Of a DNA stretch of 64,000 bases, positions 1 through 12,100 are shown one piece after another. Both the position numbers and the translations under genes were made by a program. The stretch is from Tubulanus polymorphus (lineage: Eukaryota > Animalia > Nemertea). Every line of letters begins with the position of its first letter. The first letter of the stretch is position 1. Location of the stretch: NCBI RefSeq assembly GCF_964204645.1, contig NW_027437459.1:33690-97689 (forward strand), read 5' to 3'. The notes beneath the pieces are model-generated. The model ran no database searches. It saw only the letters and a list, made by a program, of their open reading frames with translations, and was not told the origin of the DNA.

Positions 1-416
1 GGCGTATTGAACTGATTTAAAATAGATAGGTGGAAAGATTAAGAATTTTCTGGCTATTTATGCTCCTGAAGATGATGGACTCGATCTGAAATGATAGGTT
101 AAGGTAAACTGAACTGATTTCGAGTAGATGGACTGAAAGATACAGATTTTTTCTTGCAAAATAGGGTCCTAAAGATGATGAGTTCTATCTTAATTGATGG
201 GTTAGGGTGTACTGAACTGATTTCAAATAGATAGGTTGAAAGATTAAGAATTTTCTGGCTATTTATGCTCCTGAAGATGATGGACTCGATCTGAAATGAT
301 AGGTTAAGGTAAACTGAACTGATTTCGAGTAGATGGACTGAAAGATACAGATCTTTCTTGCAAAATAGGGTCCTAAAGATGATGAATTCTATCTTAATTG
401 ATGGGTTAGGGTGAAC

Positions 417-518
417 TGAACTGATTTCAAATAGATAGGTGGAAAGAATCAGAATTTTCTGGCTGCCTTTGGTTCTGAAGATGATGGACTCAATCTGAAA
501 AGATGGGCTAAGGCGTAT
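417..518 (+). repeat. Exemplar of monomer type C, subtype C2 (102 bp)
   Basis: Diagnostic words ggtggaaag / gcctttgg / ggactcaa / gatgggctaagg; usually follows a B ending 'gtgaac'. Confidence 0.93.
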
Positions 519-824
519 TGAACTGATTTCAAATAGATAGGTGGAAAGATTAAGAATTTTCTGGCTATTTATGCTCCTGAGGATGATGCACTCGATCTGA
601 AATGATAGGTTAAGGTAGACTGAACTGATTTCGAGTAGATGGACTGAAAGATACAGATTTTTCTTGCAAAATAGGGTCCTAAAGATGATGAATTCTATCT
701 TAATTGATGGGTAAGGGTGTACTGAACTGATTTCAAATAGATAGGTTGAAAGAATCGGAATTTTCTGGCTGCTTTTGGTTCTGAAGATGATGGATTCAAT
801 CTGAAAAGATGTGTTAAGGCGCAT

Positions 825-926
825 TGAACTGATTTCAAATAGATAGGTGGAAAGATTAAGAATTTTCTGGCTATTTATGCTCCTGAAGATGATGGACTCG
901 ATCTGAAATGATAGGTTAAGGTAAAC
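825..926 (+). repeat. Exemplar of monomer type A (102 bp)
   Basis: tgaactgatttcaaatagataggtggaaagattaagaattttctggctatttatgctcctgaagatgatggactcgatctgaaatgataggttaaggtaaac; intact A monomers are followed by B. Confidence 0.95.
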
Positions 927-1028
927 TGAACTGATTTCGAGTAGATGGACTGAAAGATACAGATTTTTCTTGCAAAATAGGGTCCTAAAGATGATGAATT
1001 CTATCTTAATTGATGGGTTAGGGTGTAC
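927..1028 (+). repeat. Exemplar of monomer type B (102 bp); carries a polymorphic EcoRI site (gaattc/gagttc) and GGGTTAGGG
   Basis: tgaactgatttcgagtagatggactgaaagatacagatttttcttgcaaaatagggtcctaaagatgatgaattctatcttaattgatgggttagggtgtac; ungapped alignment to A gives 25 differences. Confidence 0.95.
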
Positions 1029-3168
1029 TGAACTGATTTCAAATAGATAGGTGGAAAGATTAAGAATTTTCTGGCTATTTATGCTCCTGAAGATGATGGA
1101 CTCGATCTGAAATGATAGGTTAAGGTAAACTGAACTGATTTCGAGCAGATGGACTGAAAGATACAGATTTTTCTTGCAAAATAGGGTCCTAAAGATGATG
1201 AATTCTATCTTAATTGATGGGTTAGGGTGAACTGAACTGATTTCAAATAGATAGGTTGAAAGAATCAGAATTTTCTGGCTGCTTTTGGTTCTGAAGATGA
1301 TGGATTCAATCTGAAAAGATGGGCTAAGGCGTATTGAACTTATTTCAAATAGATAGGTGGAAATATTAAGAATTTTCTGGCTGCTTTTGGTTCTGAAGAT
1401 AATGGATTCAATCTGAAAAGATGTGTTAAGGCGTATTGAACTGATTTCAAATAGATAGGTGCAAAGATTAAGAATTTTCTAGCTATTTATGCTCCTGAAG
1501 ATGATTGACTCGATCTGAAATGATAGGTTAGGTAGACTGAACTGATTTCGAGTAGATGGACTGAAAGATACAGATTTTTCTTGCAAAATAGGGTCCTAAA
1601 GATGATGAGTTCTATCTTAATTGATGGGTTAGGGTGTACTGAACTGATTTCATATAGATTGGTTGAAAGAATCAGAATTTTCTGGCTGCTTTTGGTTCTG
1701 AAGATGATGGATTCAATCTGAAAAGATGTGTTAAGGCGTATTGAACTGATTTCAAATAGATAGGTGGAAAGATTAAGAATTTTCTGGCTATTTATGCTCC
1801 TGAAGATGATGGACTCATCTGAAATGATAGGTTAAGGTAAACTGAACTGATTTCGAGCAGATGGACTGAAAGATACAGATTTTTCTTGCAAAATAGGGTC
1901 CTAAAGATGATGAATTCTATCTTAATTGATGGGTTAGGGTGAACTGAACTGATTTCAAATAGATAGGTGGAAAGAATCAGAATTTTCTGGCTGCCTTTGG
2001 TTCTGAAGATGATGGACTCAATCTGAAAAGATGGGCTAAGGCGAATTGAACTGATTTCAAATAGATAGGTGGAAAGATTAAGAATTTTCTGGCTATTTAT
2101 GCTCCTGAAGATGATGGACTCGATCTGAAATGATAGGTTAAGGTAAACTGAACTGATTTCGAGCAGATGGACTGAAAGATACAGATTTTTTTTGCAAAAT
2201 AGGGTCCTAAAGATGATGAATTCTATCTTAATTGATGGGTTAGGGTGAACTGAACTGATTTCAAATAGATAGGTGGAAAGAATCAGAATTTTCTGGCTGC
2301 CTTTGGTTCTGAAGATGATGGACTCAATCTGAAAAGATGGGCTAAGGCGTATTGAACTGATTTCAAATAGATAGGTGGAAAGATTAAGAATTTTCTGGCT
2401 ATTTATGCTCCTGAAGATGATGGACTCGATCTGAAATGATAGGTTAAGGTAGACTGAACTGATTCTGAATAGATGGACTGAAAGATACAGATTTTTCTTG
2501 CAAAATAGGGTCCTAAAGATGATGAGTTCTATCTTAATTGATGGGTTAGGGTGTACTGAACTGATTTCAAATAGATAGGTTGAAAGAATCAGAATTTTCT
2601 GGCTGCTTTTGGTTCTGAAGATGATGGATTCAATCTGAAAAGATGGGCTAAGGCGTATTGAACTGATTTCAAATAGATAGGTGGAAAGATTAAGAATTTT
2701 CTGGCTATTTATGCTCCTGAAGATGATGGACTTGATCTGAAATGATAGGTTAAGGTAAACTGAACTGATTTCGAGTAGATGGACTGAAAGATACAGATTT
2801 TTCTTGCAAAACAGGGTCCTAAAGATGATGAATTCTATCTTAATTGATGGGTTAATGCGTATTGAACTGATTTCAAATAGATAGGTGGAAAGAATCAGAA
2901 TTTTCTGGCTGCCTTTGGTTCTGAAGATGATGGACTCAATCTGAAAAGATGGGCTAAGGCGTATTGAACTGATTTCAAATAGATAGGTGGAAAGATTAAG
3001 AATTTTCTGGCTATTTATGCTCCTGAAGATGATGGACTCGATCTGAAATGATAGGTTAAGGTAAACTGAACTGATTTCGAGTAGATGGACTGAAAGATAC
3101 AAATTTTTCTTGCAAAATAGGGTCCAAAAGATGATGAATTCTATCTTAATTGATGGGTTAGGGTGTAC

Positions 3169-3270
3169 TGAACTGATTTCAAATAGATAGGTTGAAAGAA
3201 TCAGAATTTTCTGGCTGCTTTTGGTTCTGAAGATGATGGATTCAATCTGAAAAGATGTGTTAAGGCGTAT
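3169..3270 (+). repeat. Exemplar of monomer type C, subtype C1 (102 bp)
   Basis: Diagnostic words ggttgaaag / gcttttgg / ggattcaa / gatgtgttaagg; 17 differences to A and 26 to B; usually follows a B ending 'gtgtac'. Confidence 0.93.
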
Positions 3271-6200
3271 TGAACTGATTTCAAATAGATAGGTGGAAAG
3301 ATTAAGAATTTTCTGGCTATTTATGCTCCTGAAGATGATGGACTCGATCTGAAATGATAGGTTAAGGTGGACTGAACTGATTCTGAATAGATGGACTGAA
3401 AGATACAGATTTTTCTTGCAAAATAGGGTCCTAAAGATGATGAGTTCTATCTTAATTGATGGCTTAGGGTGTACTGAACTGATTTCAAATAGATAGGTGG
3501 AAAGATTAAGAATTTTCTGGCTATTTATGCTCCTGAAGATGATGGACTCGATCTGAAATGATAGGTTAAGGTAAACTGAACTGATTTCGAGTAGATGGAC
3601 TGAAAGATACAGATTTTTCTTGCAAAATAGGGTACTAAAGATGATGAATTCTATCTTAATTGATGGGTTAGGGTGTACTGAACTGATTTCAAATAGATAG
3701 GTTGAAAGAATCAGAATTTTCTGGCTGCTTTTGGTTCTGAAGATGATGGATTCAATCTGAAAAGATGTGTTAAGGCGTATTGAACTGATTTCAAATAGAT
3801 AGGTGGAAAGATTAAGAATTTTCTGGCTATTTATGCTCCTGAAGATGATGGACTCGATCTGAAATGATAGGTTAAGGTAAACTGAACTGATTTCGAGTAG
3901 ATGGACTGAAAGATACAGATTTTTTCTTGCAAAATAGGGTCCTAAAGATGATGAGTTCTATCTTAATTGATGGGTTAGGGTGTACTGAACGGATTTCAAA
4001 TAGATAGGTTGAAAGATTAAGAATTTTCTGGCTATTTATGCTCCTGAAGATGATGGACTCGATCTGAAATGATAGGTTAAGGTAAACTGAACTGATTTCG
4101 AGCAGATGGACTGAAAGATACAGATTTTTCTTGCAAAACAGGGTCCTAAAGATGATGAATTCTATCTTAATTGATGGGTTAAGGCGTATTGAACTGATTT
4201 CAAATAGATAGGTGGAAAGAATCAGAATTTTCTGGCTGCCTTTGGTTCTGAAGATGATGGACTCAATCTGAAAAGATGGGCTAAGGCGTATTGAACTGAT
4301 TTCAAATAGATAGGTGGAAAGATTAAGAATTTTCTGGCTATTTATGCTCCTGAAGATGATGGACTCGATCTGAAATGATAAGTTAAGGTAAACTGAACTG
4401 ATTTCGAGTAGATGGACTGAAAGATACAAATTTTTCTTGCAAAATAGGGTCCAAAAGATGATGAATTCTATCTTAATTGATGGGTTAGGGTGTACTGAAC
4501 TGATTTCAAATAGATAGGTTGAAAGAATCAGAATTTTCGGGCTGCTTTTGGTTCTGAAGATGATGGATTCAATCTGAAAAGATGTGTTAAGGCGTATTGA
4601 ACTGATTTCAAATAGATAGGTGGAAAGATTAAGAATTTTCTGGCTATTTATGCTCCTGAAGATGATGGACTCGATCTGAAATGATAGGTTAAGGTAGACT
4701 GAACTGATTCTGAATAGATGGACTGAAAGATACAGATTTTTCTTGCAAAATAGGGTCCTAAAGATGATGAGTTCTATCTTAATTGATGGCTTAGGGTGTA
4801 CTGAACTGATTTCAAATAGATAGGTGGAAAGATTAAGAATTTTCTGGCTATTTATGCTCCTGAAGATGATGGACTCGATCTGAAATGATAGGTTAAGGTA
4901 AACTGAACTGATTTCGAGTAGATGGACTGAAAGATACAGATTTTTCTTGCAAAATAGGGTCCTAAAGATGATGAATTCTATCTTAATTGATGGGTTAGGG
5001 TGTACTGAACTGATTTCAAATAGATAGGTTGAAAGAATCAGAATTTTCTGGCTGCTTTTGGTTCTGAAGATGATGGATTCAATCTGAAAAGATGTGTTAA
5101 GGCGTATTGAACTGATTTAAAATAGATAGGTGGAAAGATTAAGAATTTTCTGGCTATTTATGCTCCTGAAGATGATGGACTCGATCTGAAATGATAGGTT
5201 AAGGTAAACTGAACTGATTTCGAGTAGATGGACTGAAAGATACAGATTTTTTCTTGCAAAATAGGGTCCTAAAGATGATGAGTTCTATCTTAATTGATGG
5301 GTTAGGGTGTACTGAACTGATTTCAAATAGATAGGTTGAAAGATTAAGAATTTTCTGGCTATTTATGCTCCTGAAGATGATGGACTCGATCTGAAATGAT
5401 AGGTTAAGGTAAACTGAACTGATTTCGAGTAGATGGACTGATAGATACAGATCTTTCTTGCAAAATAGGGTCCTAAAGATGATGAATTCTATCTTAATTG
5501 ATGGGTTAGGGTGAACTGAACTGATTTCAAATAGATAGGTGGAAAGAATCAGAATTTTCTGGCTGCCTTTGGTTCTGAAGATGATGGACTCAATCTGAAA
5601 AGATGGGCTAAGGCGTATTGAACTGATTTCAAATAGATAGGTGGAAAGATTAAGAATTTTCTGGCTATTTATGCTCCTGAGGATGATGCACTCGATCTGA
5701 AATGATAGGTTAAGGTAGACTGAACTGATTTCGAGTAGATGGACTGAAAGATACAGATTTTTCTTGCAAAATAGGGTCCTAAAGATGATGAATTCTATCT
5801 TAATTGATGGGTAAGGGTGTACTGAACTGATTTCAAATAGATAGGTTGAAAGAATCGGAATTTTCTGGCTGCTTTTGGTTCTGAAGATGATGGATTCAAT
5901 CTGAAAAGATGTGTTAAGGCGCATTGAACTGATTTCAAATAGATAGGTGGAAAGATTAAGAATTTTCTGGCTATTTATGCTCCTGAAGATGATGGACTCG
6001 ATCTGAAATGATAGGTTAAGGTAAACTGAACTGATTTCGAGCAGATGGACTGAAAGATACAGATTTTTCTTGCAAAATAGGGTCCTAAGGATGATGAATT
6101 CTATCTTAATTGATGGGTTAGGGTGAACTGAACTGATTTCAAATAGATAGGTGGAAAGAATCAGAATTTTCTGGCTGCCTTTGGTTCTGAAGATGATGGA

Positions 6201-9187
6201 CTCAATCTGAAAAGATGGGCTAAGGCGTATTGAACTGATTTCAAATAGATAGGTGGAAAGATTAAGAATTTTCTGGCTATTTATGCTCCTGAAGATGATG
6301 GACTCGATCTGAAATGATAGGTTAAGGTAAACTGAACTGATTTCGAGCAGATGGACTGAGAGATACAGATTTTTGTTGCAAAATAGGGTCCTAAAGATGA
6401 TGAATTCTATCTTAATTGATGGGTTAGGGTGAACTGAACTGATTTCAAATAGATAGGTGGAAAGAATCAGAATTTTGTGGCTGCCTTTGGTTCTGAAGAT
6501 GATGGACTCAATCTGAAAAGATGGGCTAAGGCGTATTGAACTGATTTCAAATAGATAGGTGTAAAGATTAAGAATTTTCTGGCTATTTATGCTCCTGAAG
6601 ATGATGGACTCGATCTGAAATGATAGGTTAAGGTAAACTGAACTGATTTCGAGTAGATGGACTGAAAGATACAGATTTTTCTTGCAAAATAGGGTCCTAA
6701 AGATGATGAATTCTATCTTAATTGATGGGTTAGGGTGTACTGAACTGATTTCAAATAGATAGGTTGAAAGAATCAGAATTTTCTGGCTGCTTTTGGTTCT
6801 GAAGATGATGGATTCAATCTGAAAAGATGTGTTAAGGCGTATTGAACTGATTTAAAATAGATAGGTGGAAAGATTAAGAATTTTCTGGCTATTTATGCTC
6901 CTGAAGATGATGGACTCGATCTGAAATGATAGGTTAAGGTAAACTGAACTGATTTCGAGTAGATGGACTTAAAGATACAGATTTTTCTTGCAAAATAGGG
7001 TCCTAAAGATGATGAGTTCTATCTTAATTGATTGGTTAGGGTGTACTGAACTGATTTCAAATAGATAGGTGGAAAGATTAAGAATTTTCTGGCTATTTAT
7101 GCTCCTGAAGATGATGGACTCGATCTGAAATGATAGGTTAAGGTAAACTGAACTGATTTCGAGTAGATGGACTGAAAGATACAGATTTTTCTTGCAAAAT
7201 AGGGTCCTAAAGATGATGAATTCTATCTTAATTGATGGGTTAGGGTGTACTGAACTGATTTCAAATAGATAGGTGGAAAGATTAAGAATTTTCTGGCTAT
7301 TTATGCTCCTGAAGATGATGGACTCGATCTGAAATGATAGGTTAAGGTAAACTGAACTTATTTCGAGTAGATGGACTGAAAGATACAGATTTTTCTTGCA
7401 AAATAGGGTCCTAAAGATGATGAATTCTATCTTAATTGATGGGTTAGGGTGTACTGAACTGATTTCAAATAGATAGGTTGAAAGAATCAGAATTTTCTGG
7501 CTGCTTTTGGTTCTGAAGATGATGGATTCAATCTGAAAAGATGTGTTATGGCGTATTGAACTGATTTCAAATAGATAGGTGGAAAGATTAAGAATTTTCT
7601 GGCTATTTATGCTCCTGAAGATGATTGACTCGATCTGAAATGATAGGTTAGGTAGACTGAACTGATTTCGAGTAGATGGACTGAAAGATACAGATTTTTC
7701 TTGCAAAATAGGGTCCTAAAGATGATGAGTTCTATCTTAATTGATGGGTTAGGGTGTACTGAACTGATTTCAAATAGATAGGTGGAAAGATTAAGAATTT
7801 TCTGGTTATTTATGCTCCTGAAGATGATGGACTCGATCTGAAATGATAGGTTAAGGTAAACTGAACTGATTTCGAGTAGATGGACTGAAAGATACAGATT
7901 TTTCTTGCAAAACAGGGTCCTAAAGATGATGAATTCTATCTTGATTGATGGGTTAAGGCGTATTGAACTGATTTCAAATAGATAGGTGGAAAGAATCTGG
8001 ATTTTCTGGCTGCCTTTGGTTCTGAAGATGATGGACTCAATCTGAAAAGATGGGCTAATGCGTATTGAACTGATTTCAAATAGATAGGTGGAAAGATTAA
8101 GAATTTTCTGGCTATTTATGCTCCTGAAGATGATGGACTCGATCTGAAATGATAGGTTAAGGTAAACTGAACTGATTTCGAGTAGATGGACTGAAAGATA
8201 CAAATTTTTCTTGCAAAATAGGGTCCAAAAGATGATGAATTCTATCTTAATTGATGGGTTAGGGTGTACTGAACTGATTTCAAATAGATAGGTTGAAAGA
8301 ATCAGAATTTTCGGGCTGCTTTTGGTTCTGAAGATGATGGATTCAATCTGAAAAGATGTGTTAAGGCGTATTGAACTGATTTCAAATAGATAGGTGGAAA
8401 GATTAAGAATTTTCTGGCTATTTATGCTCCTGAAGATGATGGACTCGATCTGAAATGATAGGTTAAGGTAGACTGAACTGATTCTGAATAGATGGACTGA
8501 AAGATACAGATTTTTCTTGCAAAATAGGGTCCTAAAGATGATGAGTTCTATCTTAATTGATTGGTTAGGGTGTACTGAACTGATTTCAAATAGATAGGTG
8601 GAAAGATTAAGAATTTTCTGGCTATTTATGCTCCTGAAGATGATGGACTCGATCTGAAATGATAGGTTAAGGTAAACTGAACTGATTTCGAGTAGATGGA
8701 CTGAAAGATACAGATTTTTCTTGCAAAATAGGGTCCTAAAGATGATGAATTCTATCTTAATTGATGGGTTAGGGTGTACTGAACTGATTTCAAATAGATA
8801 GGTTGAAAGAATCAGAATTTTCTGGCTGCTTTTGGTTCTGAAGATGATGGATTCAATCTGAAAAGATGTGTTAAGGCGTATTGAACTGATTTAAAATAGA
8901 TAGGTGGAAAGATTAAGAATTTTCTGGCTATTTATGCTCCTGAAGATGATGGACTCGATCTGAAATGATAGGTTAAGGTAAACTGAACTGATTTCGAGTA
9001 GATGGACTTAAAGATACAGATTTTTCTTGCAAAATAGGGTCCTAAAGATGATGAGTTCTATCTTAATTGATGGGTTAGGGTGTACTGAACTGATTTCAAA
9101 TAGATAGGTTGAAAGATTAAGAATTTCATGGCTATTTATGCTCCTGAAGATGATGGACTCGATCTGAAAGGATAGGTTAAGGTAAAC

Positions 9188-12100
9188 TGAACTGATTTCG
9201 AGCAGATGGACTGAAAGATACAGATTTTTCTTGCAAAATAGGGTCCTAAAGATGATGAATTCTATCTTAATTGATGGGTTAGGGTGAACTGAACTTATTT
9301 CAAATAGATAGGTGGAAAGAATCAGAATTTTCTGGCTGCCTTTGGTTCTGAAGATGATGGACTCAATCTGAAAAGATGGGCTAAGGCGTATTGAACTTAT
9401 TTCAAATAGATAGGTGTAAAGATTAAGAATTTTCTGGCTATTTATGCTCCTGAAGATGATGGACTCGATCCGAAATGATAGGTTAAGGTAAACTGAACTG
9501 ATTTCGAGTAGATGGACTGAAAGATACAGATTTTTTCTTGCAAAATAGGGTCCTAAAGATGATGAGTTCTATCTTAATTGATGGGTTAGGGTGTACTGAA
9601 CGGATTTCAAATAGATAGGTTGAAAGATTAAGAATTTTCTGGCTATTTATGCTCCTGAAGATGATGGACTCGATCTGAAATGATAGGTTAAGGTAAACTG
9701 AACTGATTTCGAGCAGATGGACTGAAAGATACAGATTTTTCTTGCAAAATAGGGTCCTAAAGATGATGAATTCTATCTTAATTGATGGGTTAGGGTGAAC
9801 TGAACTGATTTCAAATAGATAGGTGGAAAGATTAAGAATTTTCTGGTTATTTATGCTCCTGAAGATGATGGACTCGATCTGAAATGATAGGTTAAGGTAA
9901 ACTGAACTGATTTCGAGTAGATGGACTGAAAGATACAGATTTTTCTTGCAAAACAGGGTCCTAAAGATGATGAATTCTATCTTAATTGATGGGTTAAGGC
10001 GTATTGAACTGATTTCAAATAGATAGGTGGAAAGAATCAGAATTTTCTGGCTGCCTTTGGTTCTGAAGATGATGGACTCAATCTGAAAAGATGGGCTAAG
10101 GCGTATTGAACTGATTTCAAATAGATAGGTGGAAAGATTAAGAATTTTCTGGCTATTTATGCTCCTGAAGATGATGGACTCGATCTGAAATGATAGGTTA
10201 AGGTAAACTGAACTGATTTCGAGTAGATGGACTGAAAGATACAAATTTTTCTTGCAAAATAGGGTCCAAAAGATGATGAATTCTATCTTAATTGATGGGT
10301 TAGGGTGTACTGAACTGATTTCAAATAGATAGGTTGAAAGAATCAGAATTTTCGGGCTGCTTTTGGTTCTGAAGATGATGGATTCAATCTGAAAAGATGT
10401 GTTAAGGCGTATTGAACTGATTTCAAATAGATAGGTGGAAAGATTAAGAATTTTCTGGCTATTTATGCTCCTGAAGATGATGGACTCGATCTGAAATGAT
10501 AGGTTAAGGTAGACTGAACTGATTCTGAATAGATGGACTGAAAGATACAGATTTTTCTTGCAAAATAGGGTCCTAAAGATGATGAGTTCTATCTTAATTG
10601 ATGGCTTAGGGTGTACTGAACTGATTTCAAATAGATAGGTGGAAAGATTAAGAATTTTCTGGCTATTTATGCTCCTGAAGATGATGGACTCGATCTGAAA
10701 TGATAGGTTAAGGTAAACTGAACTGATTTCGAGTAGATGGACTGAAAGATACAGATTTTTCTTGCAAAATAGGGTCCTAAAGATGATGAATTCTATCTTA
10801 ATTGATGGGTTAGGGTGTACTGAACTGATTTCAAATAGATAGGTTGAAAGAATCAGAATTTTCTGGCTGCTTTTGGTTCTGAAGATGATGGATTCAATCT
10901 GAAAAGATGTGTTAAGGCGTATTGAACTGATTTAAAATAGATAGGTGGAAAGATTAAGAATTTTCTGGCTATTTATGCTCCTGAAGATGATGGACTCGAT
11001 CTGAAATGATAGGTTAAGGTAAACTGAACTGATTTCGAGTAGATGGACTGAAAGATACAGATTTTTTCTTGCAAAATAGGGTCCTAAAGATGATGAGTTC
11101 TATCTTAATTGATGGGTTAGGGTGTACTGAACTGATTTCAAATAGATAGGTTGAAAGATTAAGAATTTTCTGGCTATTTATGCTCCTGAAGATGATGGAC
11201 TCGATCTGAAATGATAGGTTAAGGTAAACTGAACTGATTTCGAGCAGATGGACTGAAAGATACAGATCTTTCTTGCAAAATAGGGTCCTAAAGATGATGA
11301 ATTCTATCTTAATTGATGGGTTAGGGTGAACTGAACTGATTTCAAATAGATAGGTGGAAAGAATCAGAATTTTCTGGCTGCCTTTGGTTCTGAAGATGAT
11401 GGACTCAATCTGAAAAGATGGGCTAAGGCGTATTGAACTGATTTCAAATAGATAGGTGGAAAGATTAAGAATTTTCTGGCTATTTATGCTCCTGAGGATG
11501 ATGCACTCGATCTGAAATGATAGGTTAAGGTAGACTGAACTGATTTCGAGTAGATGGACTGAAAGATACAGATTTTTCTTGCAAAATAGGGTCCTAAAGA
11601 TGATGAATTCTATCTTAATTGATGGGTAAGGGTGTACTGAACTGATTTCAAATAGATAGGTTGAAAGAATCGGAATTTTCTGGCTGCTTTTGGTTCTGAA
11701 GATGATGGATTCAATCTGAAAAGATGTGTTAAGGCGCATTGAACTGATTTCAAATAGATAGGTGGAAAGATTAAGAATTTTCTGGCTATTTATGCTCCTG
11801 AAGATGATGGACTCGATCTGAAATGATAGGTTAAGGTAAACTGAACTGATTTCGAGTAGATGGACTGAAAGATACAGATTTTTCTTGCAAAATAGGGTCC
11901 TAAGGATGATGAATTCTATCTTAATTGATGGGTTAGGGTGAACTGAACTGATTTCAAATAGATAGGTGGAAAGAATCAGAATTTTCTGGCTGCCTTTGGT
12001 TCTGAAGATGATGGACTCAATCTGAAAAGATGGGCTAAGGCGTATTGAACTGATTTCAAATAGATAGGTGGAAAGATTAAGAATTTTCTGGCTATTTATG

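Noticed and set aside
1010-1056. G-quadruplex potential around gggttaggg
   Set aside because: There are only two adjacent G3 tracts and the others are distant or G2, so there is no canonical four-tract motif.
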